Shown: in pieces, positions 8,768 through 18,461 of the stretch
Layout of the letters: each line of letters begins with the position of its first letter
Numbering within the stretch: position 1 is the first letter of the stretch
Source: a virus
Taxonomy: Duplodnaviria > Caudoviricetes
Strand: one strand, 5' to 3'
Virus record (IMG/VR): IMGVR_UViG_3300025816_000053
Span: 1 to 28,655 of that record
DNA length: 28,655 bases
The notes under the pieces: generated by a model
Database searches by the model: none
Told to the model about the DNA's origin: nothing
Seen by the model: the letters and a program-made list of their open reading frames with translations, nothing else
Translations under genes and position numbers: made by a program

Positions 8768-8865
8768 CTATTAGAATACCACTGGTCGAAAATATCCAAA
8801 TTTTTTCTTATCTCAGCGTAACTAACAGTAGTATTGGACCATTTAAGATATTTTCTGTCTGACAT
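8764..8865 (-). CDS. 33-aa small protein (absent from the ORF track)
   Basis: MSDRKYLKWSNTTVSYAEIRKNLDIFDQWYSNS. TAATG overlap with the upstream stop; its own stop overlaps the rpsU stop. Confidence 0.5.
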   Translation of the reverse strand: MSDRKYLKWSNTTVSYAEIRKNLDIFDQWYSNS

Positions 8866-9098
8866 TATTCTTCGACTCCTCTATTCCTTGAAAATTTTTC
8901 AAGTGTGGTGAATCCTAGTCCGGCTCCAACAATATACATCATACCATCCCAAACATATCTTTGTAGAGGTATTTCCATAAAGATGTTGGATATAAATGCA
9001 ATACACATCATTACAAAGGCAAATAACGTAATTATTCTTTTAGATGATTTTTGCCCATCTACATCATTAAGGATAGAACCTAAAAATTTTCTTATCAT
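8865..9098 (-). CDS. small two-TM membrane protein (holin-like)
   Basis: SSKR followed by hydrophobic IITLFAFVMMCIAFISNIF and MMYIVGAGLGF segments; charged C-terminus. Confidence 0.6.
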   Translation of the reverse strand: MIRKFLGSILNDVDGQKSSKRIITLFAFVMMCIAFISNIFMEIPLQRYVWDGMMYIVGAGLGFTTLEKFSRNRGVEE

Positions 9099-9829
9099 AA
9101 CCCTTTTTCTAACTGTTTTAATTTGTACAGTGAGGTAAGGGTATAATCAGTTTCGTTTATTTTATTTAAAGTTTTTTGAATTTTTTCTTTAAGTTCTTCA
9201 TCGTTAGATTCATTTAAGTTATTACTTAATTTGTTAGAAACAGATGTTTTATACTTATTAATTTCTTCAAATAGTTCTGTTTTATCTAATGATGTAAAAA
9301 ATTTAAATTCTTTCTTTTCTTCTTCATTAAGATTAGAAAACTCATTATTAAATGTTTTTGTGGCGATTTGTAACATCGAAGATATAGGTATATTGAGTGT
9401 CGACTCATTTACCTCGACAACTTCAGAACTAAGTAAAGTTTTTTTAATTCTATTTTTTGACTCAAGTAATGATTCTAAGTTTTTAGTTACATTTTTAGTG
9501 TAAACTTGAATATCAATATCGTTATAAACATTATTATTCTCAATAACTAATTGGTCAATCCACTGATTAATCTTATTAATCTCATTCTGATTATCATTGA
9601 TTAAATTTCTTAATTGTTCGAATGACTCGGAAATATAATCGTCCACAATATCCTCGTTTAGACCTTTTTTAGATGATAATTCATCATATATAAAATATAC
9701 CTCACATAAATCACTATTTTCAAGTATCATAGATTTAAATGATTTAATATGGTTTTTGAACTCAGGTTTTCCGTAAGTAGATTCTAATAACCTTTCAATC
9801 TTAGTTTTAATAATTCCGAATGATGTCAT
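9095..9829 (-). CDS. hypothetical helical protein in the head module
   Basis: 244-aa ORF downstream of the portal, with its own TATTTATA and many [LV]xE motifs. Confidence 0.8.
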   Translation of the reverse strand: MTSFGIIKTKIERLLESTYGKPEFKNHIKSFKSMILENSDLCEVYFIYDELSSKKGLNEDIVDDYISESFEQLRNLINDNQNEINKINQWIDQLVIENNNVYNDIDIQVYTKNVTKNLESLLESKNRIKKTLLSSEVVEVNESTLNIPISSMLQIATKTFNNEFSNLNEEEKKEFKFFTSLDKTELFEEINKYKTSVSNKLSNNLNESNDEELKEKIQKTLNKINETDYTLTSLYKLKQLEKGL

Positions 9830-9841
9830 GACATTTTTTTA

Positions 9842-9849
9842 TATAAATA
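9842..9849 (-). promoter_or_regulatory. putative late promoter TATTTATA
   Basis: 12 nt upstream of ATG 9829. Confidence 0.65.
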
Positions 9850-9874
9850 TCATGTAAGTAGTATTATTCACATT

Positions 9875-11752
9875 TTAGTCTTTCAGAAGGGCGTTAAGTT
9901 CCTTTTCTATTTCACCTAAAGACTCTCTACCTTTAGATAAATCTAATATACTTTTACCTTTAATCAGGTCGTCCTCAACTAATAAATCTAAATCTTTATT
10001 TCTTACTAATCTTTCAGCTGGGATTTCTTCGGGGGTGATATCCTCCCCACCTGAATCTCCTCCTAAATCTCCTCCTAAATCACCACCTAAATCACCACCT
10101 AAATCACCACCTAAGTCTAAATCACCACCTGATGGAGGACTTCCTAAGTCACCCACACCTGAGTCGGTTGTTTCATCACCTAGAGGGTCACCACCTTCAC
10201 CTGGTTTATTACCATATAATTTATCTATGTTGGCAAATACACCAGTCTTACTTATTATCTCCGAAGTTTTTTCTAACTCACTTGCAACTGCTTTTTCAAT
10301 TCTCTGTTGTTGTAAGTCTAACTTAATTTCCTCATCACTAAACCCAAGTATATGTTTTTTAGCCCAAGATGAAGAAACTGGTAATATACCGTTACCTGGG
10401 TCTGAAACAGCATCTCTATATAACTGAATCTTCTGTTGCCACTGCTCAACCTTAAGTAATTCTGCCTGTGTAGACGGATTAGTAAGCCCTAAAGTAAAAT
10501 TACCTAACTCATCCTCAAAACCTAAAAGATATAAATGTATTATTGCGATTTTATTCAGTTCTTGAATCATTGATTTTTGAATCCTGTTAATCGTTCTAGC
10601 GAATCTTATATCTTGTAATGATAAGTTTTTACCATCACCAACAACTTCTTCAAAACCTAAGAAAGCTTTAGGAACTCTTAAAGACGTTAATAATTTTTTC
10701 TGTATATACTCAATATCTGCAATTTCAGACAGGTTCTGAGCACCTGGTAATGTGTCTATTGGATTAGGTGCGTTAGGGTCCCTAACAGGAATAAAGTAAT
10801 CTTGGTCTACCGCCATTTGATTATACCTTAAGTCAACATTACCATTCGTTGAATCAACTACTTGGTCTCTCTTAAACTTATTCGCAACTCGGTTTACGTA
10901 TGGTTCGACATCTTTGTCGTCCATGTTTCCAACAAATACTTTAAATACTCTTCTCTCAGGGGCTCTTGAAGTTCTATATATTAACATAGCGTCTTCTGAT
11001 AGTATCAATTGTTTCCAAATACGTCTACCTTTTTCCAACATAGAGGTACCGTATGGAAGTTTTCTGTCATCACCTAGTAATCTAAAGTGGGCGATTTCCC
11101 ACGTATTAAATTCCATGTCCTTGGTTTGCCATATGAACTTTAATGCGTCGTTTTCAGTACTTGTAGAGTTTCTCTCTGGCTTCATTTTCATACCCCTCTC
11201 TTGTCTAGTGATTTCGATGTTAGGTAATTGTTGAGCTCCCATAATACCTTTTTCAGGGTCTAATTTTAGGTACACAAAGTTATCACCATATTTACATGTG
11301 TTTCTTGTCCACATAGGTAAGTTGGTATTAATGTCTAATCTGTTGTTAAATAAGTCACCTAAAACAGATTTAATTCTTTTACTCTCAGAATATATCTGTA
11401 ACATATAACCATCTTCATCAGGTGTAGTGGACTCTTCTGCATATATATCCAAGGCTGCGGATATTTCAGGAGTGTATTCCATACTCTCGTAGTCGTAGAA
11501 AGACGCTAAACGAGTCGGTTCATAATAAACCGCTTGGGTATATAAATTATTTTCAATCTTTTGCCATTGCTGACCTAAGTATAATGTTTGTTGTGCCTGT
11601 AACTTTTCTTTTTCATACTCTTGTTTGTTGGTGGTCTTGAGTATTTCTTTTTTATCAAAGTTATAAACGGGGGCTTGTTGGTCTAGAGTTGAGTCAGGAC
11701 CAAAAACTTTGGTGAGTCTTTGCCAAATTGTAAAATCGTTGTTTTTCGCCAT
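9875..11752 (-). CDS. gp20: portal protein (T4 gp20-like)
   Basis: Motifs EDAMLIYRTSRAPERRVFKVFVGNM, QDYFIPVR, IDTLPGAQNLSEIADIEY and DIRFARTINRIQ. Confidence 0.96.
   Translation of the reverse strand: MAKNNDFTIWQRLTKVFGPDSTLDQQAPVYNFDKKEILKTTNKQEYEKEKLQAQQTLYLGQQWQKIENNLYTQAVYYEPTRLASFYDYESMEYTPEISAALDIYAEESTTPDEDGYMLQIYSESKRIKSVLGDLFNNRLDINTNLPMWTRNTCKYGDNFVYLKLDPEKGIMGAQQLPNIEITRQERGMKMKPERNSTSTENDALKFIWQTKDMEFNTWEIAHFRLLGDDRKLPYGTSMLEKGRRIWKQLILSEDAMLIYRTSRAPERRVFKVFVGNMDDKDVEPYVNRVANKFKRDQVVDSTNGNVDLRYNQMAVDQDYFIPVRDPNAPNPIDTLPGAQNLSEIADIEYIQKKLLTSLRVPKAFLGFEEVVGDGKNLSLQDIRFARTINRIQKSMIQELNKIAIIHLYLLGFEDELGNFTLGLTNPSTQAELLKVEQWQQKIQLYRDAVSDPGNGILPVSSSWAKKHILGFSDEEIKLDLQQQRIEKAVASELEKTSEIISKTGVFANIDKLYGNKPGEGGDPLGDETTDSGVGDLGSPPSGGDLDLGGDLGGDLGGDLGGDLGGDSGGEDITPEEIPAERLVRNKDLDLLVEDDLIKGKSILDLSKGRESLGEIEKELNALLKD
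10055..10130 (-). repeat. 12-bp tandem repeat encoding (GGDL)n in the portal C-terminal tail
   Basis: ATCACCACCTAA/ATCTCCTCCTAA units. Confidence 0.9.
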
Positions 11753-11761
11753 AGTTTTTTA

Positions 11762-11769
11762 GATAAATA
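11762..11769 (-). promoter_or_regulatory. putative late promoter variant TATTTATC
   Basis: 9 nt upstream of the portal ATG; 7/8 match to the motif. Confidence 0.55.
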
Positions 11770-11795
11770 TAAACTTTACTCAAATTAATTAAAGG

Positions 11796-13571
11796 TTATC
11801 TCCTTCCCCCACCAAATAACCAATTATATTGTTCATAATCTTGTCTTGTTATTCCGTTAGGTCTGTGATGATTGTTGTTGTTTGGCATAACCGGTATTCC
11901 AGGATTAAATTCTTTTGAACTATTTTTTACAGGTGTCTCGTTAACCATCCAACTTTCCATCATTGCCTTCGTTTGTTCGGTGACTTTTTCCAATTTTGTG
12001 AATGAATTATCCCCTACATATATTGCCATAGCCATTGCCATTATTAAATCGTCGTGTTGACCCTTTATGTGGTCAGGTCTTCCATTAATATAAACAAAAG
12101 TATTTAATTCGTTAATCAAACGAGATGACCTTACAATAAAATTGTGTCTCAAAGATTCTTCAAAAGACGCGACTATTTGTACTCTTTTTGAATTAAAATT
12201 TAAACCTGGAATTTTATCCACTGTGTTAGGATTGTATTTCCATTTATCTGCAGTGTTTGTACCCTCAACATATAAGTCTTTATAGTTCATTTCCTGAAGC
12301 TTACGTGAGGTGGATACCCCCATACCACCTGTTATATCAATAACAACAAAAGCGGAATACATAGTAGCCCATTTAAAAGCTATCTCGGCAGCAACATCAG
12401 GAGGAACCTTACCCAGATACTCTAATACCTGCTCCCTCTCATCAAAATCTATAATACAGAAAGTCGTAAAATCCTCACTATCACCACGAGAAACATCAAT
12501 ACCCATAATGTATTTGTGCCCAACAACAGGTTCCTTCCATTGCCATAATGCACCTCCCATAAATTTATTTTCAGGTTCACGAATAAAATTTTCTTTAATT
12601 TTTTCTATCGTATCGCTTGGTATTACATTGTCACCTGAACCTAAGAAGTTACACTCTAATTCCTGTGCAATCTTACGTCTATCAAACTTAAGTTTTTTTG
12701 CCATACCCTCAAACCAAGAAGAATATGGCTTATAACCATCTAAGGAATGTTTTTTAATTTCTTCAAAATCTCTTTCCATAGGGTCTACAGATGTATAATC
12801 AATTGTAATTTCTTCATCATTATAATCCTCCCTATTTAACATGTAATGAACAATATCGTTACATTTAATAAGTTTTAAATCTTTAGCGTACCTAGGGTCA
12901 CGGTACCAAAACATTTCAGTAATCTTGAAGTCATTCATCCCCCTTAAACACTGGTCGTAAATAGAGTAATATATACGGTCAAATCCATTGGGGGTTGATA
13001 TAACAATTACCTTACCTCCTGTAGATAGTGACGCCATACACGCTGACCAAAAGTCATTATCAGCCTCAATAAATGCCGCCTCGTCAAATACGAGTATTGT
13101 TGGTGTATACCCTCTAAGTGCGTCTTTAGAAGTTGCAACTGACTTTACCTCACATCCATTTGTAAGTTTGTAATGTCTTTGTGAATTTTTCTCATTTGAG
13201 AAATTTACACCGAACCAACTGGGCCATTGTTCAATAAATGCACGTATCTTACCTGCCATCTCAACAGAGGTGTCAAGTTTGTTCGCAATTATTAGAATTT
13301 TTTCAGGTTTCGATTTGGACGCCGTAACTAATTTTTTTGACACCCATGCAGACGTTACTGTTGAGACACCGGCCTGTCTGTACTTTAGGGCGATATTTTC
13401 TTCATGAGTGTCGTAGTCTTTAATTAAACTATCTTGGTCGGGAAATAACCTTAAAGGAACATACTTTGATTGCGTGTTGTCGTAAGTTTGTAGATATGTC
13501 CTTAATGCATACGAGGTGTCTTTTACACACCTCGCATACTCTAATAATACTTTTTCTTTTGTTAACGCCAT
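11796..13571 (-). CDS. terL: terminase large subunit (T4 gp17-like)
   Basis: Walker A-like KYRQAGVST, Walker B ILVFDEAAF, coupling motif ISTPNG, nuclease motifs MGIDVSRG and HDDLIMA. Confidence 0.96.
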   Translation of the reverse strand: MALTKEKVLLEYARCVKDTSYALRTYLQTYDNTQSKYVPLRLFPDQDSLIKDYDTHEENIALKYRQAGVSTVTSAWVSKKLVTASKSKPEKILIIANKLDTSVEMAGKIRAFIEQWPSWFGVNFSNEKNSQRHYKLTNGCEVKSVATSKDALRGYTPTILVFDEAAFIEADNDFWSACMASLSTGGKVIVISTPNGFDRIYYSIYDQCLRGMNDFKITEMFWYRDPRYAKDLKLIKCNDIVHYMLNREDYNDEEITIDYTSVDPMERDFEEIKKHSLDGYKPYSSWFEGMAKKLKFDRRKIAQELECNFLGSGDNVIPSDTIEKIKENFIREPENKFMGGALWQWKEPVVGHKYIMGIDVSRGDSEDFTTFCIIDFDEREQVLEYLGKVPPDVAAEIAFKWATMYSAFVVIDITGGMGVSTSRKLQEMNYKDLYVEGTNTADKWKYNPNTVDKIPGLNFNSKRVQIVASFEESLRHNFIVRSSRLINELNTFVYINGRPDHIKGQHDDLIMAMAMAIYVGDNSFTKLEKVTEQTKAMMESWMVNETPVKNSSKEFNPGIPVMPNNNNHHRPNGITRQDYEQYNWLFGGGRR

Positions 13572-13591
13572 ATAGACATTTTAGTAAGAAT

Positions 13592-14887
13592 TTATGTTAA
13601 AGAAATACCTAAATCACCTAATAAGTCTGAAAGTCCGTCATCGTTGTCATCATCTTCGTCACTATATTGTGACATGGCGTCTTCATATTCAAACCTTTTA
13701 AGTTCCTCAATAATTTCATTAACCATTTTAGACACTATCTTTTTACCGTCATCGGACCCTGATAGTATTAATCTTGCAACCTCGAAAAACTCGTCGGTAG
13801 ATAATGATGAGAATCTTGAGAAGAGATAGTTTTGAATTTCTCCCATATCGTCTTCATACAACTTTTCAGGGTACGCTTCGGTGAACTTTCTCCAAATAAC
13901 TGGTCCTAATCTCAAATCCCAAACTTCATATGGTAAGGTGTCTGTTTGTCCTACAACCATCTCAGCGGCTCTTGGGTCGTCAGGTAATCCATGTGTACCC
14001 ATCACCTCATAAACACCCTTAATTAATTCGTGAACCAACACAGGGAAGAATAATCCTTTTGCTCTAATAGTTGGAGGGTCAGTGGTGTCATCAATTTCTT
14101 CAGAACCTTGTACACCTTCTCCGTCACCAGCAGCTGACATAATCATTTGGTCAGGCATAATCCAATACAATAGGTCGTTAATAGACATTAATACACCATA
14201 TAGGTTAAGTAGACGTGGGTTTATAGTATTAAGTTGCTCTTCAACCAGGTGAAACATGTAGTGTCCTTTTTTAGACGCTCCCTGAATTAAAGAATTTATA
14301 AATCTTCTTTTTGCCTTTTCTAAATCAAACTTTTCAAAAGCTGCCATAAAGTTTTCTAAATCATCCTCAGCCTCATCAGAACTAACACCGAACTGTTGTT
14401 GAACCTCCTCATCATCAAGCTCCTCAGGTTCTGATATCATTTGAGAAGTGTCAATCTGACCTGGCATAGATGTTAACTCGACATCGAATTGAAATGCGTC
14501 GTCAGGAATAGATAATTCCTTTTTCACTAAATCAACAGCTAATTGCTCTAAAAACCCTTCGTTATTGGATTCTATAGATTTCACTTCTTGTACTGCTTGC
14601 ATCAACATCATCTGAAGTTGCATAAACGCATTTTGACCTGATACGTCATCCATACCAGTATATCGTTTAACCTTCTCTACAACTTCTTTAAATCTTTCAG
14701 ACGCAATAAGTTCAGAAAATGAATTATCAAATTCATCCTCTTCTTTACCTGGTAAACCCGGATTATCCGACATAGGAGTCTCCCCACTTGATATTTTTCT
14801 CTCTATCTCACGGTCCATTCTTTCAGGACCATCGTACTGAATTTGTTCTTGTACGGCTTTTTGTATTTTTTTCTTTAAATCACTCAT
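13592..14887 (-). CDS. acidic hypothetical protein, probably head-associated
   Basis: 431-aa ORF co-oriented with and directly upstream of terL; contains FPVLVHELIKGVYE. Confidence 0.8.
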   Translation of the reverse strand: MSDLKKKIQKAVQEQIQYDGPERMDREIERKISSGETPMSDNPGLPGKEEDEFDNSFSELIASERFKEVVEKVKRYTGMDDVSGQNAFMQLQMMLMQAVQEVKSIESNNEGFLEQLAVDLVKKELSIPDDAFQFDVELTSMPGQIDTSQMISEPEELDDEEVQQQFGVSSDEAEDDLENFMAAFEKFDLEKAKRRFINSLIQGASKKGHYMFHLVEEQLNTINPRLLNLYGVLMSINDLLYWIMPDQMIMSAAGDGEGVQGSEEIDDTTDPPTIRAKGLFFPVLVHELIKGVYEVMGTHGLPDDPRAAEMVVGQTDTLPYEVWDLRLGPVIWRKFTEAYPEKLYEDDMGEIQNYLFSRFSSLSTDEFFEVARLILSGSDDGKKIVSKMVNEIIEELKRFEYEDAMSQYSDEDDDNDDGLSDLLGDLGISLT

Positions 14888-15866
14888 CTCTAAACTTGAT
14901 ATTTAAGTTGTTAAATTTAAGGAATTCTGGTAATCCTCCCTCATCACCCGCTTTAGGTTTTGGATTACTACCCGGTTTAGTCCTATAAGGACTAAATCTT
15001 TCAGGTTTTGTCCCTGGGTCGACTTTGGGTTGCGCGGGTTTGACCTCTGTACCTGCTTTAGGTTTTGGATTACTACCCGGTTTAGTCCTATAAGGACTAA
15101 ATCTTTCAGGTTTTGTCCCTGGGTCGACTTTGGGTTGCGCGGGTGCAATCTTAGGTTCTTCTGAAAGAATATCTTTTTTAGTTAACATTTTACCTTGTGA
15201 TTTCTTAATCAAAGATACAATACTTTCTTCAAGATGACTAATTTTTTCTTCCTTACTTTCTTTTTTAACGCAATTTGGAACTTTTTTACCAAACATAGTC
15301 TTCATACCTTTCTTCTCATAACCTTTCCAACACTTCGTACCTTTACTTGTCTCTTCAAACATACCTAAAGTTGTTAAAGTACCGATAGGTTTTTTCATTT
15401 TTTTCTTTGAGTTTCCGAATAACTCATCTATTACAACATCCTCGTCAATATCACCATAAAATTCTTCGTTAGCCATCATTTTTCTGTTATTATCAGAATC
15501 ATCATCCATCCCATCAGGTGCCATATCATCGGAATCATGAGGCATTTCTTGTCCTGTGGCGGTTTGCATGGCTAATTTACCTAACGCATTAGTGTCATCT
15601 ATTTCTTCTTCCATCTGCTGTGTTACAGTTACTGAACCATCATCGTTCGGTGTAACGGTACCATTAACGTTTATACCTCCGTTTTTATTTTTTATCTGCT
15701 GTACTTCAGACTTACTATATGTTGTTTTTTCTACTGTAGAAGTTTCCTCCTCATTAACAAGGTTTTTATAAATCTTATTAATATGATAATCGTTCATTTT
15801 CTTAATAGTATCATAAGAAAACCCTTCTTCTAATAGCCTTACTATTTTTTGTTCTTTATTCTTCAT
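14880..15866 (-). CDS. low-complexity hypothetical protein with a CWKGY...PNCV module and a Pro/Lys repeat
   Basis: 328-aa ORF overlapping both neighbours; short modules bounded by Glu motifs. Confidence 0.8.
   Translation of the reverse strand: MKNKEQKIVRLLEEGFSYDTIKKMNDYHINKIYKNLVNEEETSTVEKTTYSKSEVQQIKNKNGGINVNGTVTPNDDGSVTVTQQMEEEIDDTNALGKLAMQTATGQEMPHDSDDMAPDGMDDDSDNNRKMMANEEFYGDIDEDVVIDELFGNSKKKMKKPIGTLTTLGMFEETSKGTKCWKGYEKKGMKTMFGKKVPNCVKKESKEEKISHLEESIVSLIKKSQGKMLTKKDILSEEPKIAPAQPKVDPGTKPERFSPYRTKPGSNPKPKAGTEVKPAQPKVDPGTKPERFSPYRTKPGSNPKPKAGDEGGLPEFLKFNNLNIKFRDE
14950..15144 (-). repeat. exact 90-bp direct duplication (period 105 bp), in frame
   Basis: 14950-15039 is identical to 15055-15144; encodes PAQPKVDPGTKPERFSPYRTKPGSNPKPKA twice. 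Confidence 0.95.
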
Positions 15867-16266
15867 GTGTCACAAAACTTTTTTCATAAGAAAGGACAAT
15901 ATCTCTTTCATATAATTTATCTTCTACGGATTTTACTGTGTCTCCGTATCTAAAGACTAATCTTTTATAGTTACTATCGACTACAAACTCAGAATCAGAT
16001 TTTTCCCATCCTAAAGATATAACATCCTCAACTGCGTCATAAACAGAAAAAAAGTCAGAGTTTTGAACTAACTCTAATTCAATATCTGAGTTTCTCAAAA
16101 CACCAACTTTTTTAATATATTCAACATTAGGTGGTAATGGTTTACCTGAAGCCGGTTCAGAATCCCAATCCTCACCCCATACTTCTTCTACGTCAGAGAA
16201 TATAAACTCATATATATTATCCCCTTTATAGTTGGGACCCAATTCATTGACGTATATTAATTTCAT
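15856..16266 (-). CDS. hypothetical protein
   Basis: 136-aa ORF coupled to both neighbours. Confidence 0.8.
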   Translation of the reverse strand: MKLIYVNELGPNYKGDNIYEFIFSDVEEVWGEDWDSEPASGKPLPPNVEYIKKVGVLRNSDIELELVQNSDFFSVYDAVEDVISLGWEKSDSEFVVDSNYKRLVFRYGDTVKSVEDKLYERDIVLSYEKSFVTHEE

Positions 16267-17450
16267 ACTAATTCTCCATTAGGTGATACTTTCAATTGTT
16301 TACCTTCTATTTCGAAAATTAAATTCTTTTTATTTGTTTTTCCTAAAAACTTAGAACCCTTATTTTCTTTCATAATAAACTCTGAAGTTAATTCTTGTTC
16401 TAAAGTTTCGGACATCTCTTTAATTTCAGAGATAACTTTTACTTTAGTTACTTTCTCTGTGATAAATCTTTTAACGTCTTTAGATTCAATGTCTTTTTTC
16501 TCTTCTTCTGAAATAACGAAATACTTTGATAGTACCTTTTCAATTTTTGACTCGGAGAATATCTCATCTACAATCTGTCCAACATCACTTCCCTCACCTA
16601 ATTCCTCATCTGATATAGGCTCTTCTCCCATATCTAAATCTAAGTCATCGACTTCTTCATCACCTGCTTCGATTTCTAACTCACCCTCAACACCATAGTC
16701 AATTTCTTCATCTTCAAAATTAGATAAAACATCTTCTAAATCTTCTTCTGATAAGTTTTCTAAATTCACGGCAGATATAATCGAATTTAAAACGTACTTG
16801 ATATCTTCAGAAGAAAGTCCTTCTTGAGAATCTAATGTTCTTAATTTTTGACCTAACTTTCCAGTTAGTTTTTGAATTACTCTGAAAGAAATGTCTTCTT
16901 CCTCTCCTTCAATACTCTCAGGTTCTGATTCGTCACCTAAATCCATATCTAAATCCAACTCTTCGTCACCTTCAGGAGTACTTAAATCTAAGTCTAAATC
17001 TAAATCTTCACCACCCCCTTCTGGTGATGGTTCTATAGATGGTTCTGATACGTCACCCATATCACTCATTTCCGATTCAGGAGTTTTTAACACGAATTTT
17101 TTTTGTTCACCAATTAAATTAATATTTTCACTATGTTCGTGTAATCTATTTAACTCACCTGCTAAAAGATTTATCTGTTTCATTGCCTGAGAATATGACT
17201 TATGAAACTTTCTATTCTGCATAGGTTCACGGTATTCCATTTCTGATTCGTTAATACCTGATTTTACGATGTAACCGTTTTTTTCATTTACGATACCGTA
17301 AAAGTTACCGTCAGCTAATTGTATTGTATAGTCGGCTCTACTTTCATTTACATTTTGTGAAGACTCGTTATAACGAGAAATCTCAAGGATACGGTTAATC
17401 TTTTCCATACCTTGTAATTTTTCACTTCCTAAAGGGTTTAAATCTGCCAT
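16263..17450 (-). CDS. acidic hypothetical protein, possible additional prohead core protein
   Basis: 395 aa with scaffold-like DLDLD/EEE tracts. Confidence 0.75.
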   Translation of the reverse strand: MADLNPLGSEKLQGMEKINRILEISRYNESSQNVNESRADYTIQLADGNFYGIVNEKNGYIVKSGINESEMEYREPMQNRKFHKSYSQAMKQINLLAGELNRLHEHSENINLIGEQKKFVLKTPESEMSDMGDVSEPSIEPSPEGGGEDLDLDLDLSTPEGDEELDLDMDLGDESEPESIEGEEEDISFRVIQKLTGKLGQKLRTLDSQEGLSSEDIKYVLNSIISAVNLENLSEEDLEDVLSNFEDEEIDYGVEGELEIEAGDEEVDDLDLDMGEEPISDEELGEGSDVGQIVDEIFSESKIEKVLSKYFVISEEEKKDIESKDVKRFITEKVTKVKVISEIKEMSETLEQELTSEFIMKENKGSKFLGKTNKKNLIFEIEGKQLKVSPNGELV

Positions 17451-17475
17451 ATTTTTGTTTTTTAAAATTCGTTAA

Positions 17476-17661
17476 TTACATAAACACACCATTACCTCCA
17501 AGTTTTACTTCCCCACATTGTACTCTTTCTTGGTTCGTGTATCCACTTAGTGAGTCGTCATATACTACTGTATATGCCACAGGGTGTACTGTAGGAGTAT
17601 CCCCTGAATATAAATTGTACGTAGTAGACGCACTCTGAGTACATGCTGAAAAACCTGCCAT
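17476..17661 (-). CDS. small hypothetical protein, possibly virion-associated
   Basis: 61-aa ORF, first gene after a TATTTATA motif. Confidence 0.65.
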   Translation of the reverse strand: MAGFSACTQSASTTYNLYSGDTPTVHPVAYTVVYDDSLSGYTNQERVQCGEVKLGGNGVFM

Positions 17662-17672
17662 GATGATATTTT

Positions 17673-17680
17673 TATAAATA
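17673..17680 (-). promoter_or_regulatory. putative late promoter TATTTATA
   Basis: 11 nt upstream of ATG 17661; heads the gene run that ends in terL. Confidence 0.65.
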
Positions 17681-17720
17681 AATATGTGATAAATTAGTAT
17701 TTTCTAATATTTACTATCTA

Positions 17721-18461
17721 TTACTTTAAATTTTCTTGTATAGAAAGGTTCTTATCTATCAAATCATTTTTATTATCAAACAATTTTTGAATATATCCGT
17801 TACGTCTTAAAAATTTAAAAACTAAGTTTTCGTAAGAATATTCACCCCCTTTTTCTAAACCACTAGTCCTAAATTTTTTAATTTTATCTTTTACGGAATC
17901 TAACATTTCTACTGAATTCTCTAAATCACCAACCTCCAAATCTTCTATTGTATTATCAATGATGTCCATCCATTGTTGTGATTTATCTTCTATTTTCTTT
18001 TTATCTATCTTAACTTCTTTTGGTTCAGGTCTTTCTAACCACTCGTCGTATAAAACAGAGTACACACCAGTGGACATGTGAGGTTCATTCATGTCTTGAA
18101 CGTACAACTCAACTTCATAACCTTTTACTGTTATGTCGTGTTGCGAGTTAAATATAGTCTTTTTTAAATTAAATAAATCTTTGAATAATTCTTCTTGCTC
18201 TCCTGATTCCTTAAAATCATATATAATGTGTAAATCTATATCTGAGTAGTCCGACCAATTGAAGTTTGCTAATGAGCCTGTCATTGTAACATCTTGAACA
18301 AAAATATCAAACCCCAAGAATTCTATGAACTCATTTGCAATCTCTAATAAACCGTCTCTTATCTCGGACTTCATTTTTGATTCTTCAATATTATCGTGGT
18401 CACTCCAAATCTCAGAATTCAAAGAATCTTTAACAAAAAAACTACTAATTATATTATCCAT
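17721..18461 (-). CDS. Pol-beta-superfamily nucleotidyltransferase
   Basis: MTGSLANFNWSDYSDIDLHII gives the hGS...DxD motif; a third acidic residue may lie in YEVELYVQD. Confidence 0.8.
   Translation of the reverse strand: MDNIISSFFVKDSLNSEIWSDHDNIEESKMKSEIRDGLLEIANEFIEFLGFDIFVQDVTMTGSLANFNWSDYSDIDLHIIYDFKESGEQEELFKDLFNLKKTIFNSQHDITVKGYEVELYVQDMNEPHMSTGVYSVLYDEWLERPEPKEVKIDKKKIEDKSQQWMDIIDNTIEDLEVGDLENSVEMLDSVKDKIKKFRTSGLEKGGEYSYENLVFKFLRRNGYIQKLFDNKNDLIDKNLSIQENLK

Noticed and set aside
10035-10427. + strand ORF with SPPK repeats (histone- or extensin-like)
   Set aside because: It is the antisense shadow of the portal (GGDL)n tail and has no initiation signals.
9875-13571. Introns, inteins or homing endonucleases in portal or terminase
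   Set aside because: The ORFs are continuous and of ordinary length, with no splicing or LAGLIDADG/HNH motifs seen.
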